Below are positions 42,306 to 52,019 of a stretch of 64,000 nucleotides of DNA, piece by piece. Within the stretch, counting starts at the first letter, position 1. Every line of letters begins with the position of its first letter. A program made the translations under genes and the position numbers. The DNA lies in contig JAYEHH010000032.1 in NCBI GenBank assembly GCA_034716235.1, positions 370-64,369 of the forward strand. The letters are read 5' to 3'. Below the pieces are notes generated by a model, which saw only the letters and a program-made list of their open reading frames with translations, was not told where the DNA came from and did not search any database. The DNA comes from Patescibacteria group bacterium. Its GTDB lineage: Bacteria; Patescibacteriota; Minisyncoccia; CAIUEV01; JAHKAQ01.

Positions 42306-45047
42306 ATGCAATCAACAAAACCTAAAATAAAACCAATAAGTTGTTCTCAGTGCAAAGGAGCTGGTTGGATTGGAGAAATGAACAATACTTGCCCTGCTTG
42401 CAAGGGAATTGGCTATGCAGAAGAAGTGCGTGGAGTCCAACTTTATTGGGGAAGAAAGATGCGAGGCATGCCCCCTTCCCTTAGAAAATCTCTGGCTAAT
42501 TTTTCTTGGATTGTTAAAACAGTGACTTCTAGTCTTTGTGCCCTATTTATTTTCATTGGATTGATAAATTTGATTGATAATCTCAAAGGACATCCCAATT
42601 TGACCTTTGACTTTAATTTAATTTTTGACATTTTCTTCGCCGGCTATGCCACGGCCCCTCTCTGGCTAGGGATTGTATTATTAATAATTCTTTATTTCCA
42701 CAAAGCTATTTATCAAAAACCAGAAATTATCTCTTTTGATAATCCATACTATTCTTTCGTTTTAACCGAAAATTTAAATGAGATAGCCAAACCTAGTACC
42801 TCCACAATAGATATCTCCAAGTCAGCAAGTACAGCCACAATAAAGGTAATCAATACTGCTTTAGATTCAGCTCTTAAACACAAACAAAATCCTCACTTGA
42901 TTCATCTACTTTTTTCCTTGATGCAGAATAAAGAGATAGTAGAGTTATTTTTTAAACTAGAGATACCACCGAAAGCTTTTTTAGAAGATGTCGCTAAAGT
43001 GTTGGGAAAAATAGAACCACTAAATGCCTCTGCAGCTTTAAATGGTAACTTTAAAAAATACTTGCTAAAAACTTTCTGGAGCGCCCTGACCGCTGAAAGC
43101 TCTTTTATAAAACCGGCTCACCTCTTACTGGCCATTATGGAATCTAGAGATTTAAAGCAAGTACTCAACAAATATGCTGTTAAGGCAGATGACTTCCAAA
43201 ATATTTTACTTTGGATGAAATATAAGAACATAAGATCGACCAACTTCTTGAGCAGGGATTCTTTTCAAAAGCCTCCTCACCATATTATGAATAGAAGTTG
43301 GAGTGCGACAGTCACTAAGACATTAGATCAATTCAGTACCGACATAACCGATTATGCCCGAGTAGGAATGTTGCTTCCACTTGTTAATAGAAAGCGAGAA
43401 ATAAGAATGATAACTCGGGTTCTTCAGCGAAGTGCTAAAAACAATGCCTTAATTATTGGCGAGGAAGGAAGCGGACGAGATGCTATTGTTAGAGGAATAG
43501 CTCGTAAAATAATCAAAAATGAAGTTCCTTCTTCTTTATTTGATAAAAGAATTGTTAAATTAAATTTGGGAGCTTTAGGAACTGGCTCTGATGGTGAACT
43601 CTTGAAAAGAAGGATTGAGGTCATAATGCAGGAAGTGGTCCGAACTCAAAATGTAATTATTTATATTCCCAATATTCACGAATTGGCCAAGATTCAAAAT
43701 TCTGCCTCCTTAGATATAATTAGTTTTCTAACTCCTCTTTTTTCTAAAAGAGTTATCCAAATTATTGGATCTACAACCCCTCAAGCCTATCGAGAAATTG
43801 TTGAGCCTCGGGGAGGATTCTCTCAGACTTTTGATATTATAAAAGTAAAAGAACTATCACCGGAACATTCCTTGAAAGTTCTTTCCATTCAAGTTCCTCT
43901 ACTAGAAAGAGAAAACAATGTTTTAATTTCTTATCGGGCTTGCCAAGAAGCTATTCAACAATCCAACCAATTCATTGTTAATCGCCTACTACCTCAAAAA
44001 GCTCTGAATGTTTTAACGGAAGCTATTGTGCGAGCCAAAGATGTGAAGGGAAAGAATTTAGTGACCGAAGCAGAAATTCAAGAAGTATTTTCTGAAAAGA
44101 CGGGCATCCCCATTACAAAAATTGGACAAGGAGAAGCTGAAGAATTATTGAAACTAGAAACAAAAATTAGAGCCAAGGTGGTTGGACAAGAGCTGGCCGT
44201 AAAAAATGTAGCGGACGCAATCCGAAGAATGAGGGTGCGCATTGGCGAAAAAGAAAGACCGATAGCTGTTTTTATGTTTCTGGGCCCCACAGGAGTTGGC
44301 AAGACTGAATTAGCTAAAACTTTAGCGGAAATATACTTTAAATCTCGTAAGAATATGATTCGTATTGATATGAGTGAATTATCCAGCCCTTATGATGTAG
44401 AACGAATGATTGGCGGTCCTAATAGCAATAGGGCTGGATTATTAACTGGCAAGGTGCGTCGCAACCCTTTCTCTCTGATTTTGTTAGATGAATTTGAGAA
44501 AGCCGATCGTGCTATCTGGGATATCTTCCTGCAAATTTTTGATGACGGCCGGGTAACAGACGGGAAAGGAAGGGTAGTAAATTTCACCAACACAATTATT
44601 ATTGCTACTTCCAATGTGGGCTCAAGAATAATTTTGGAAAAACTTCAAGGAGGCCAAAGTAATAAAATAATTAAAGCATTAGTTAAAACAGAACTCTTGA
44701 AAATATTCCGCCCTGAATTTTTGAACCGCTTTGATGACATTATAACTTTCAATGCTCTTTCTCATGAAAATATTAAACAAATAGCAAAATTAGAGCTCAA
44801 GTCTCTTAATAAGAGATTAGAGGAAGAACAAGGAATTACCATAAAATTAACAGACGAAGCTCTGGATTATTTAGCCAAGATAGGTTATAGTCCTGAATTC
44901 GGAGCTCGCTTTCTTAAAAGAACCATCCGAGAAAAGATTGAAGATGTTCTGGTGATTGGTATTTTGAAGAAACAGCATAACCGAGGAGATATTGTTACTA
45001 TAACGAGAGAAATGCTAGAGAAACCAGGAAGAGTAGAAGGTTCATAA
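42306..45047 (+). CDS. Membrane-anchored ClpC/ClpA-family AAA+ ATPase: N-terminal zinc ribbon (CSQC...CPAC) plus transmembrane segments plus Clp_N repeats; ATPase-dead D1, intact D2
   Basis: D1 Walker A is GEEGSGRDA instead of GEPGVGKTA and Walker B is YIPNIH instead of FIDEIH. D2 has GPTGVGKTELAKTLA and LILLDEFEKA. No long M-domain. Confidence 0.75.
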   Translation: MQSTKPKIKPISCSQCKGAGWIGEMNNTCPACKGIGYAEEVRGVQLYWGRKMRGMPPSLRKSLANFSWIVKTVTSSLCALFIFIGLINLIDNLKGHPNLTFDFNLIFDIFFAGYATAPLWLGIVLLIILYFHKAIYQKPEIISFDNPYYSFVLTENLNEIAKPSTSTIDISKSASTATIKVINTALDSALKHKQNPHLIHLLFSLMQNKEIVELFFKLEIPPKAFLEDVAKVLGKIEPLNASAALNGNFKKYLLKTFWSALTAESSFIKPAHLLLAIMESRDLKQVLNKYAVKADDFQNILLWMKYKNIRSTNFLSRDSFQKPPHHIMNRSWSATVTKTLDQFSTDITDYARVGMLLPLVNRKREIRMITRVLQRSAKNNALIIGEEGSGRDAIVRGIARKIIKNEVPSSLFDKRIVKLNLGALGTGSDGELLKRRIEVIMQEVVRTQNVIIYIPNIHELAKIQNSASLDIISFLTPLFSKRVIQIIGSTTPQAYREIVEPRGGFSQTFDIIKVKELSPEHSLKVLSIQVPLLERENNVLISYRACQEAIQQSNQFIVNRLLPQKALNVLTEAIVRAKDVKGKNLVTEAEIQEVFSEKTGIPITKIGQGEAEELLKLETKIRAKVVGQELAVKNVADAIRRMRVRIGEKERPIAVFMFLGPTGVGKTELAKTLAEIYFKSRKNMIRIDMSELSSPYDVERMIGGPNSNRAGLLTGKVRRNPFSLILLDEFEKADRAIWDIFLQIFDDGRVTDGKGRVVNFTNTIIIATSNVGSRIILEKLQGGQSNKIIKALVKTELLKIFRPEFLNRFDDIITFNALSHENIKQIAKLELKSLNKRLEEEQGITIKLTDEALDYLAKIGYSPEFGARFLKRTIREKIEDVLVIGILKKQHNRGDIVTITREMLEKPGRVEGS

Positions 45048-45150
45048 AGTTCATAAAGTTTGTAAAGTTCGTAAAGTTTTCAGGGTTAAGAATAGCGAGA
45101 TAAAGACTTGATAACTTTATAAACTTTACAGACTTTTCACTTTCTAACTT
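45039..45150. repeat. Repeat copy R5: 9-mer word array gttcataaa/gtttgtaaa/gttcgtaaa x4, then the inverted partner ctttataaactttacag and a ctttctaactttataacc module
   Basis: The same words recur at 41611, 46231, 46394-46428, 56143 and 1021-1040. Confidence 0.7.
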
Positions 45151-45161
45151 TATAACCTCTC

Positions 45162-46238
45162 GTGAATATCTTATCCATCGAAACATCTTGTGATGAAACT
45201 GCTTTCGCTATTGGAGCCGTGCAAAACGGTCATTTTAAGCTTTTAGCAAACACCGTCTCATCTCAAGTCAAAGTTCATCAAAAATTCGGTGGTGTGGTTC
45301 CTAATTTATCTGCCAGAGAACACTTAAAAAATTTCAAGCCACTGCTAGATAAAACATTGACTCAAGCTGGTATTCCCCTCAAAGAAATTGATTGTTTTAG
45401 TGTTGCTCCCGGTCCGGGACTTATTCCGGCTCTTTTAGTAGGAACATCTATCGCTAAAACTTTAGCCTTTTATCATCAGAAACCCTTAGTTCCCATTCAT
45501 CATTTAGAAGGACACACTTACGCTACTTGGCTAAAGAAAAATGGAGAGTTGAGAGATGACATTGCTTTTCCCGCTTTGGTTTTAATAGTTTCCGGAGGAC
45601 ATACCCAACTAATGCTGATGCAAGACCATTTGCATTACGAAATACTCGGCAGAACTTTGGACGATGCAGTTGGAGAAGCTTTTGACAAAGTGGCTAGAAT
45701 TTTAGAATTAGGTTACCCCGGAGGTCCTTTGATTGAAAAAATAGCTCAAAAAGGTAATCCAGAAAAGTTTCAACTTCCTAGACCGATGATCAATTCTGAT
45801 AATTTAGATTTTAGTTTCTCGGGATTAAAAACTGCCGTCCTTTATGTCGTGAAAGAATATCTTGAGAAAAAGGAAATGGTCCCGACCGCTGATATGGCCG
45901 CTTCTTTTGAGCAAGCCGTTGTTGATACCTTAATAGCCAAAACGCAAAAAGCGGTTAATACTTACAACCCTCAGTCATTAATTTTGGCAGGAGGAGTAGC
46001 TGCTAATACAAAAATAAGGGAAGCTTTTATTGAAATTGCTCAGAAACGAAACAAAGCAAAAGAATACTCAAATTACTATCCCCTACAAGCTTACGTCCCA
46101 GAATTAAAATTCTGCGGTGACAACGCTGCCATGCAATTACCGGCAGTATTTTTTAGATTAGAAAAGTATGGGAAGAAGAAGTATCGGGAGGGGTGGAGAG
46201 ATGTGGAGGCTGAGGCTAATTGGGGGCTCAGTTCATAA
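45162..46238 (+). CDS. tsaD: tRNA N6-threonylcarbamoyladenosine synthase TsaD (Kae1/YgjD)
   Basis: MNILSIETSCDETAFAI N-terminus and conserved His pairs (HHLEGH); 358 aa. Confidence 0.9.
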   Translation: MNILSIETSCDETAFAIGAVQNGHFKLLANTVSSQVKVHQKFGGVVPNLSAREHLKNFKPLLDKTLTQAGIPLKEIDCFSVAPGPGLIPALLVGTSIAKTLAFYHQKPLVPIHHLEGHTYATWLKKNGELRDDIAFPALVLIVSGGHTQLMLMQDHLHYEILGRTLDDAVGEAFDKVARILELGYPGGPLIEKIAQKGNPEKFQLPRPMINSDNLDFSFSGLKTAVLYVVKEYLEKKEMVPTADMAASFEQAVVDTLIAKTQKAVNTYNPQSLILAGGVAANTKIREAFIEIAQKRNKAKEYSNYYPLQAYVPELKFCGDNAAMQLPAVFFRLEKYGKKKYREGWRDVEAEANWGLSS

Positions 46239-46515
46239 AGTTGAAAAGTTTAGATAATTGATAATTGACAATGGATAATTGATAATTAATGAATAATGAA
46301 TATCTTAAATAATTTTTCACCCAGAGGGTGATCCGCCTTCGGCGAGACAAGCCAGCCAGCCTCGCCGAGTCTAGGCGGGCCTCTGGCTGGCAATTAAGGA
46401 ATACTTTATAAACTTTACGAACCTTCTAACTTAACCATGAAGGCTTTATTAAATGGGTGGGAAGTGGTTTAATAAAAAGAGATAGAGAATAAGAATTATA
46501 TAATTAATTACTTAT
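46229..46515. repeat. Repeat copy R6 at the left boundary of the defense island
   Basis: Contains the gttcataaagt word, the ataattgacaatggataattgataat module, the inverted GGCTGGCTGG/tcgccgaaggcgg module (matches 1245-1285), ctttataaactttacgaaccttctaactt, then ttattaaatgggtgggaagtggtttaat...agaattatataattaattacttat. Confidence 0.75.
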
Positions 46516-46525
46516 ATTTAAAATT

Positions 46526-48343
46526 ATGCCAAATTATTTCGTCAATCAAAGAAATATTAGTGCGTTACTTCAAAACATTAAGGACGAAGATATTGTAATC
46601 CCAGAAATTCAGAGACCTTTTGTTTGGGAGAGTAAAAAAGTTCGTAATCTTATGGACTCATTGTATCAGGAATTTCCAATAGGTTATATTATTACATGGA
46701 AAAATCCAAATATAAGACTAAAAAATGGAAGAATGAGCGAGGGAAAACAAGTTATAATAGATGGACAACAAAGAATTACCGCTTTAATGGCTGCGATCTT
46801 GGGACGAGAAATTATAGACAAAGAGTATCAAAAAAAGAGGATTCGGATTTCCTTTAATCCATTGAAAGAAAAGTTTGAAACATTAACTCCTGTTATTGAA
46901 AAAAATAGTGAATGGATAAGCGATATTTCAGAATTTTTTAAAACTAGAAATAATATTTTTAATTTTACTGCTAATTTTTGTAAAAAAAATAATTTTACCG
47001 AAAAACAAAAAATCAAGACTCAGCAAAGTCTAACAAAATTACTAAACATGGAGGATAAGTTTATTGGAATTATTGAGCTTGATGCAAATTTAGATATTGA
47101 TGATGTAACGGAAATATTTGTTAGAATTAATGATGCTGGGACTCCCCTTTCACAAGCAGATTTTGCAATGAGTAAAATTGCCTCATACGAACCAACATCA
47201 GACCATTTGTTTGGAGTGAATTTAAGAAAGTCTATTGATTATTTTGCTCATCTATCTCAAACACCACATTTTCTTGAAGATATTGGAAGAAACGATAAAG
47301 AGTTTAGCCGAACAGAATATTTGCTAAAAATGAAATGGGCCGGGAAGGAATTGGATAATATATATAATCCAAACTATAAGGATATTTTAAGAGTAAGTTT
47401 CATTAAGGAATTTAATAGAGGGAAAATTAGCGATCTTGTGAAGCTTTTATCTGGACAAAATTTTAAAACAAGAAATTATGATCAAAAAATACAAGAGAAA
47501 TCATTCTTGGCTTTAAAAAATGGAGTCCTTGACTTTATAAATGAAAATCATTTTAAGAAATTCCTTATTATTTTACAATCAGCTGGAATTATTGATTCAA
47601 AACTTATTAATTCACAGAGCGTTCTAAATTTTGCCTATATTGTCTATTTAAAACTTAGAAAAGATGGAATGGCAAATAATTTAATTGGGAAATATACAAA
47701 AAAATGGCTTGTTCTTTCAATTTTGACTGAAAGATATTCAGCCTCACCAGAATCTACGATGGATAAGGATATTAAAGATATTAATAAATATGGAATTAAA
47801 AAAGTTATTGCAAAGATTGAAGAGGCGGACATGTCATCAACTTATTGGAATATTGGACTTGTACAAAATTTAAACAGGGCGATAATTTCAAGCCCATTTT
47901 TAAGCCTCTTTTTTATAGCACAGATATGCTCTAAGGATAAAGCTTTATTCTCCGAATCGGTTTTAATCGATCAACTCGTTAGCATAAAAGGAGACGTCCA
48001 TCATATTTTCCCCAAAAATTATCTTCAAAAAGCAGGGTTTGGAATAAGTAAATATAATCAAATTGCAAATTTTGTTTATTTACAACAAGAAGTAAATATA
48101 ACAATAGGAGATAAACCACCAGGACAATATTTTAGCCGAGCATTGAATCAATGTGATAATAAAACTTTGGATAGTGGAAGTATTGGAGAAATTACAGACA
48201 AGAAAAAATTGATAAAAAATTTAGAAATAAATTCTATCCCAACTGATATTTTTGAAATGGATATTACTAATTATGATGAATTTTTAGAAAAAAGACGGAA
48301 ATTAATGGCAAAGAAAATTGAAAAGTTTTATAAAAGTTTATAG
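46526..48343 (+). CDS. GmrSD-like type IV (modification-dependent) restriction endonuclease: N-terminal DUF262 (ParB-like NTPase) plus C-terminal DUF1524 (His-Me/HNH-like nuclease)
   Basis: PEIQRPFVW...IIDGQQRITAL (DGQQR hallmark of DUF262); C-terminal DVHHIFPKNY...N...N (DUF1524 signature); 605 aa. Confidence 0.75.
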   Translation: MPNYFVNQRNISALLQNIKDEDIVIPEIQRPFVWESKKVRNLMDSLYQEFPIGYIITWKNPNIRLKNGRMSEGKQVIIDGQQRITALMAAILGREIIDKEYQKKRIRISFNPLKEKFETLTPVIEKNSEWISDISEFFKTRNNIFNFTANFCKKNNFTEKQKIKTQQSLTKLLNMEDKFIGIIELDANLDIDDVTEIFVRINDAGTPLSQADFAMSKIASYEPTSDHLFGVNLRKSIDYFAHLSQTPHFLEDIGRNDKEFSRTEYLLKMKWAGKELDNIYNPNYKDILRVSFIKEFNRGKISDLVKLLSGQNFKTRNYDQKIQEKSFLALKNGVLDFINENHFKKFLIILQSAGIIDSKLINSQSVLNFAYIVYLKLRKDGMANNLIGKYTKKWLVLSILTERYSASPESTMDKDIKDINKYGIKKVIAKIEEADMSSTYWNIGLVQNLNRAIISSPFLSLFFIAQICSKDKALFSESVLIDQLVSIKGDVHHIFPKNYLQKAGFGISKYNQIANFVYLQQEVNITIGDKPPGQYFSRALNQCDNKTLDSGSIGEITDKKKLIKNLEINSIPTDIFEMDITNYDEFLEKRRKLMAKKIEKFYKSL

Positions 48344-48375
48344 TAATAATTTTCTAATCAGAGAGCAGAAAGCTC

Positions 48376-48777
48376 TTACTCCTTATCAGGCAATCTATCA
48401 TCTTTTTTTCTTTGATAATAAGTATTCTTATTTAAACATCTGTTTATAATATTTTCCATGTGCCAATAAGTGTAATTGCCATATCTAAAATAAATCTGTT
48501 TTGTTTTGTAAAAATAATCCTCGTATCCTGACTGGTCAATGTAATTAGCAAGCTCTAAGTATAATTTGTTATCAACTTTTTCTTGGACAATATATTCATG
48601 GGGCCATGTTTTAGCATAAGTTTTTGCAGGCGTCCAATTAGAATTTTTAATAAATAATTTTAAATTATTGGGGAGTAGTACTCTATCAAACATCGCCTTT
48701 ATTTTTTTACTATGAAGAAATATTAAAACCTTTTTGATTGTAGCTATAGTATTGTTGATTACTTTAGTTTCATCCAT
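48376..48777 (-). CDS. Hypothetical aromatic-rich small protein, convergent with the GmrSD-like gene
   Basis: 133-aa ORF, no recognised motif. Confidence 0.35.
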   Translation of the reverse strand: MDETKVINNTIATIKKVLIFLHSKKIKAMFDRVLLPNNLKLFIKNSNWTPAKTYAKTWPHEYIVQEKVDNKLYLELANYIDQSGYEDYFYKTKQIYFRYGNYTYWHMENIINRCLNKNTYYQRKKDDRLPDKE

Positions 48778-48930
48778 GCTGAATCTAAAGTGGATTCCAT
48801 AAGTTGCATATTCTTTTAATCAAAAATACATTATTTATTTCAATAAGTATAGTAAGTTATAATTTAAAATAGCTGAACAGAATTCTTAATTTATAATCTA
48901 GAATTTGTAATCTAAAATCTCTCAAGACTT

Positions 48931-48970
48931 GATTAAATGGGTAGAAAGTGGCTTAATGGGGAGGAGAATT
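48931..48970. repeat. Repeat copy R7 (gattaaatgggtagaaagtggcttaatggggagg module)
   Basis: Near-identical to 55962-55997 and similar to 46447-46476. Confidence 0.7.
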
Positions 48971-49095
48971 GCATGGTTAATTGGTTATCAATGAAAATGC
49001 TATAAAGTTTTTATTAAGATTATAATTAAGAGAATAATTCAGGTAGGGTTTTTTGCAAAAATTAATGTGCTTTTTAATTATTTTATATAAATTCA

Positions 49096-52014
49096 ATGAG
49101 AGTTAATATCAAGGAAATCAGGAGAATAATTAAATCTGATGTTATTAAGCCTAGAATTGAAGAATATTTACAGAAAAGAAAAAGTGGAGACGAGCAGCAA
49201 TGGAACGAGGAATATAAATGGGATCCAAAAATATTGCCTGCAACACATAAGGAATTTATCAAGGAAAGAGACATTCTTAAAAAAATTGAAATTCTTCAAA
49301 AAAATAATCCAAACGAAGGATCCTTTGTGAGTTATATGGACTTGGACGATCTCAATAAATTTGCTAAGGAAAAAACAAAGCAAGCCACAAAGTTGATGGA
49401 AAACTTATTGAATGGAAAAAAGAATATTGCTAAACGCATTGATTATTTTAGGGATGAGACGAAAAAAGTGGATGAAAAAATTAAATTAGGAACACCCTTA
49501 TTTGGTTACATTATGGCGGTATTCAATTCCAGTAAATATCCAACTTATAAAAATTCAACCTTTATGGCTCTCAAAAAGCTCATTGGAAAAAGACAAGAAT
49601 GGAGTTCTATGAGTGTTGGCGAGAAATATCAAACATTTACTGACCTGTGCCATGAAATGGGCAAATTGCTGAAGCCAGAACTTGAAACTGTAAATATCAG
49701 AGGTATTGAGGTCAAGCCAGGAAGGACTGCTCTGGATGGTCAAGACTTTTTCTATATTCTTGAAGATCGTTATAATAGAGAGAGATATTTCCCCGAACTT
49801 GTTAAATTTCTTGAACAAGCCAAGGCAAGCAATCTTACAACAAAGCAATACCGAAAGGATTATATGAATTGTAAAGTGAGGATAAGTTTTGGAAAAGTAA
49901 GCTCTGCACAAACACCCTGGATTAGTTTTTTATCCGGTGACAATAAATTACAGAAGGGAATTTATCCAGTCTTTCTTTTTTATAAAAGTATAAATAAATT
50001 ATTTCTAGCATATGGTATAAGTGAAATAAGTGAACCCGAACAAATTTGGAACATTGTTGGAAAAGAAACAATTGAAGATTATTTTATTGAAAATTTCAAC
50101 TCGGAGCCAGAGAGATATGGCAGTTCTTATGTTTATAAAGTATACGATGTGAAAAACATTGATAATTTAAATCAAGAACAAATGGAAAATGACTTGAAAA
50201 ACATAATTAATGAATATAAAAAACAACTTGAAGAAACTCCAAAAATTCAATACTGGACAATTTCTCCGGGGGAAGATGCAAAGCACTGGGAGGAGTTCTA
50301 TCAAAAAGGGATCATTGGAGTCGGCTGGGATAAAACAAAAGATCTCTTACAATATAAAAATAAAAAAGAAATTCAAAAGGTTGCGAAAAACTTATTTGGA
50401 TTAAAAACTAATGCCAGCAATACTGCCCAAGCTTGTTTGGATTTTTCTAGAACAATGAGAATTGGGGATATTTTAATTGTCAAAAAGGGAATTCATGAAT
50501 TGGTCGGCTATGGAAAGGTAACTTCAGATTATATTTATGATGCAAGGAGGAAGACATATAAACACATACGAAATGTGATGTGGATTAAAAAGGGAAATTG
50601 GAAGATAGATAAAGAGATTATTCATCCTGCATTAAAAACTTTAACTAACATAACTCCGTATGAAGGTTATGCCCAAGAATTATTGGGCATAATGGACGAA
50701 AGTAATATTGATGGAAAAAATTACTGGTGGATTAATGCAAATCCAAAAATTTGGAATTTAACAGAGGCGGAAGTCGGTTCCAAACAAATATATACAAGCC
50801 ATAATGAGGCCAAGAATCCCAGAAGAATTTATAGTTATTTTAAAGAGGTTAAGCCGGGCGACATTATGTTTGGATATATAACAAGTCCTGACAAACAAAT
50901 TACTTCAATATGCAAAATAACCAAAGGGTTATATGAGAACAAAGAGGGGGAAGTGATTGAATTTGAAAAAACTGAGACTTTACAAAATCCAATTTTGTGG
51001 AATGAATTGAAAAATGAAGAAAGTTTGAAAAATTGCGAACCAATTAAGAACAATCAAGGAAGTTTGTTTAAAATAAGCAAAGAAGAATATGAAACCATTA
51101 GATATTTGATTGATGAGAAAAATATTTTCACGAAAGAAAAAATTGAAAAATATATAAAAAAGGATGCTCTAGACAAATTATTTATTTCAGAAAATGAATT
51201 TGATAATATAGCCCAAAATATTGAAAGAAACAAAAATATCATTCTGCAAGGCCCTCCCGGAGTTGGCAAAACTTTTCTTGCAAAAAGGTTGGCTTATTAT
51301 TTGATTGGATACAAAGACGTAAACAAGGTACAATCTATCCAATTTCATCAATCATATTCATATGAAGATTTCATGCAAGGTTACAGGCCCAATGAAAAAG
51401 GAAAATTTGATCTTGTTAATGGAATATTTTTCAGATTTTGTCAGAAAGCTAAAAATGATCCAAACAATAAGTATTTCTTCTTGATAGATGAAATAAATAG
51501 AGGAAATCTGAGCAAAATTTTTGGTGAATTAATGATGCTTATTGAAAAAGATAAACGGGGTAAAGATTTTGCTATACCTTTAACATATTCCCAAGATGAC
51601 AGAGAAACATTTTATGTGCCAGAAAATGTTCATTTGATTGGGACTATGAACACAGCTGATAAATCACTTGCGATGGTAGACTATGCTTTGCGAAGAAGAT
51701 TTAATTTTATTTTTCTGAAACCAAAATTTAATAACAGCTTTAGTTCATTCCTAGAAAATATGGGAGTTAAAAAGATTATTATTAAAGCGATAGTTGAAAA
51801 AATAAGCAAACTAAATGAGATGATAATTAATGATGATAATAATCTTGGAAAAGGATATCAAATTGGTCATAGTTTTTTCTGTCCTCAGAGAAAAAGTAAA
51901 TATGACGAAGAATGGTTTAAGAATATTGTCAAATACGAAATTGAACCATTGCTCGAGGAGTATTGGTTTGATAGTGAGAAAAAATTTAATGAAGCGAAGA
52001 ATTTATTAAACTGA
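49096..52014 (+). CDS. mcrB: McrB-like GTP-specific AAA+ motor with a long N-terminal extension: DUF3578-like (MrcB-N) module plus two EVE/PUA-like modules
   Basis: AAA+/GTPase motifs GPPGVGKTF, FFLIDEINRGN, GTMNTADKS (NTAD signature of McrB), RRRF. N-terminal VRISFGKVSSAQTPWISFLSGDNKLQKGIYPVFLFY fits the DUF3578 pattern. An EVE-like segment runs YWWINANPKIW...GDIMFGYITSPDKQITSICKI...; an earlier similar module runs YWTISPGEDAKHWEEF...GDILIVKKG. Confidence 0.8.
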   Translation: MRVNIKEIRRIIKSDVIKPRIEEYLQKRKSGDEQQWNEEYKWDPKILPATHKEFIKERDILKKIEILQKNNPNEGSFVSYMDLDDLNKFAKEKTKQATKLMENLLNGKKNIAKRIDYFRDETKKVDEKIKLGTPLFGYIMAVFNSSKYPTYKNSTFMALKKLIGKRQEWSSMSVGEKYQTFTDLCHEMGKLLKPELETVNIRGIEVKPGRTALDGQDFFYILEDRYNRERYFPELVKFLEQAKASNLTTKQYRKDYMNCKVRISFGKVSSAQTPWISFLSGDNKLQKGIYPVFLFYKSINKLFLAYGISEISEPEQIWNIVGKETIEDYFIENFNSEPERYGSSYVYKVYDVKNIDNLNQEQMENDLKNIINEYKKQLEETPKIQYWTISPGEDAKHWEEFYQKGIIGVGWDKTKDLLQYKNKKEIQKVAKNLFGLKTNASNTAQACLDFSRTMRIGDILIVKKGIHELVGYGKVTSDYIYDARRKTYKHIRNVMWIKKGNWKIDKEIIHPALKTLTNITPYEGYAQELLGIMDESNIDGKNYWWINANPKIWNLTEAEVGSKQIYTSHNEAKNPRRIYSYFKEVKPGDIMFGYITSPDKQITSICKITKGLYENKEGEVIEFEKTETLQNPILWNELKNEESLKNCEPIKNNQGSLFKISKEEYETIRYLIDEKNIFTKEKIEKYIKKDALDKLFISENEFDNIAQNIERNKNIILQGPPGVGKTFLAKRLAYYLIGYKDVNKVQSIQFHQSYSYEDFMQGYRPNEKGKFDLVNGIFFRFCQKAKNDPNNKYFFLIDEINRGNLSKIFGELMMLIEKDKRGKDFAIPLTYSQDDRETFYVPENVHLIGTMNTADKSLAMVDYALRRRFNFIFLKPKFNNSFSSFLENMGVKKIIIKAIVEKISKLNEMIINDDNNLGKGYQIGHSFFCPQRKSKYDEEWFKNIVKYEIEPLLEEYWFDSEKKFNEAKNLLN

Positions 52015-52019
52015 TTTTT

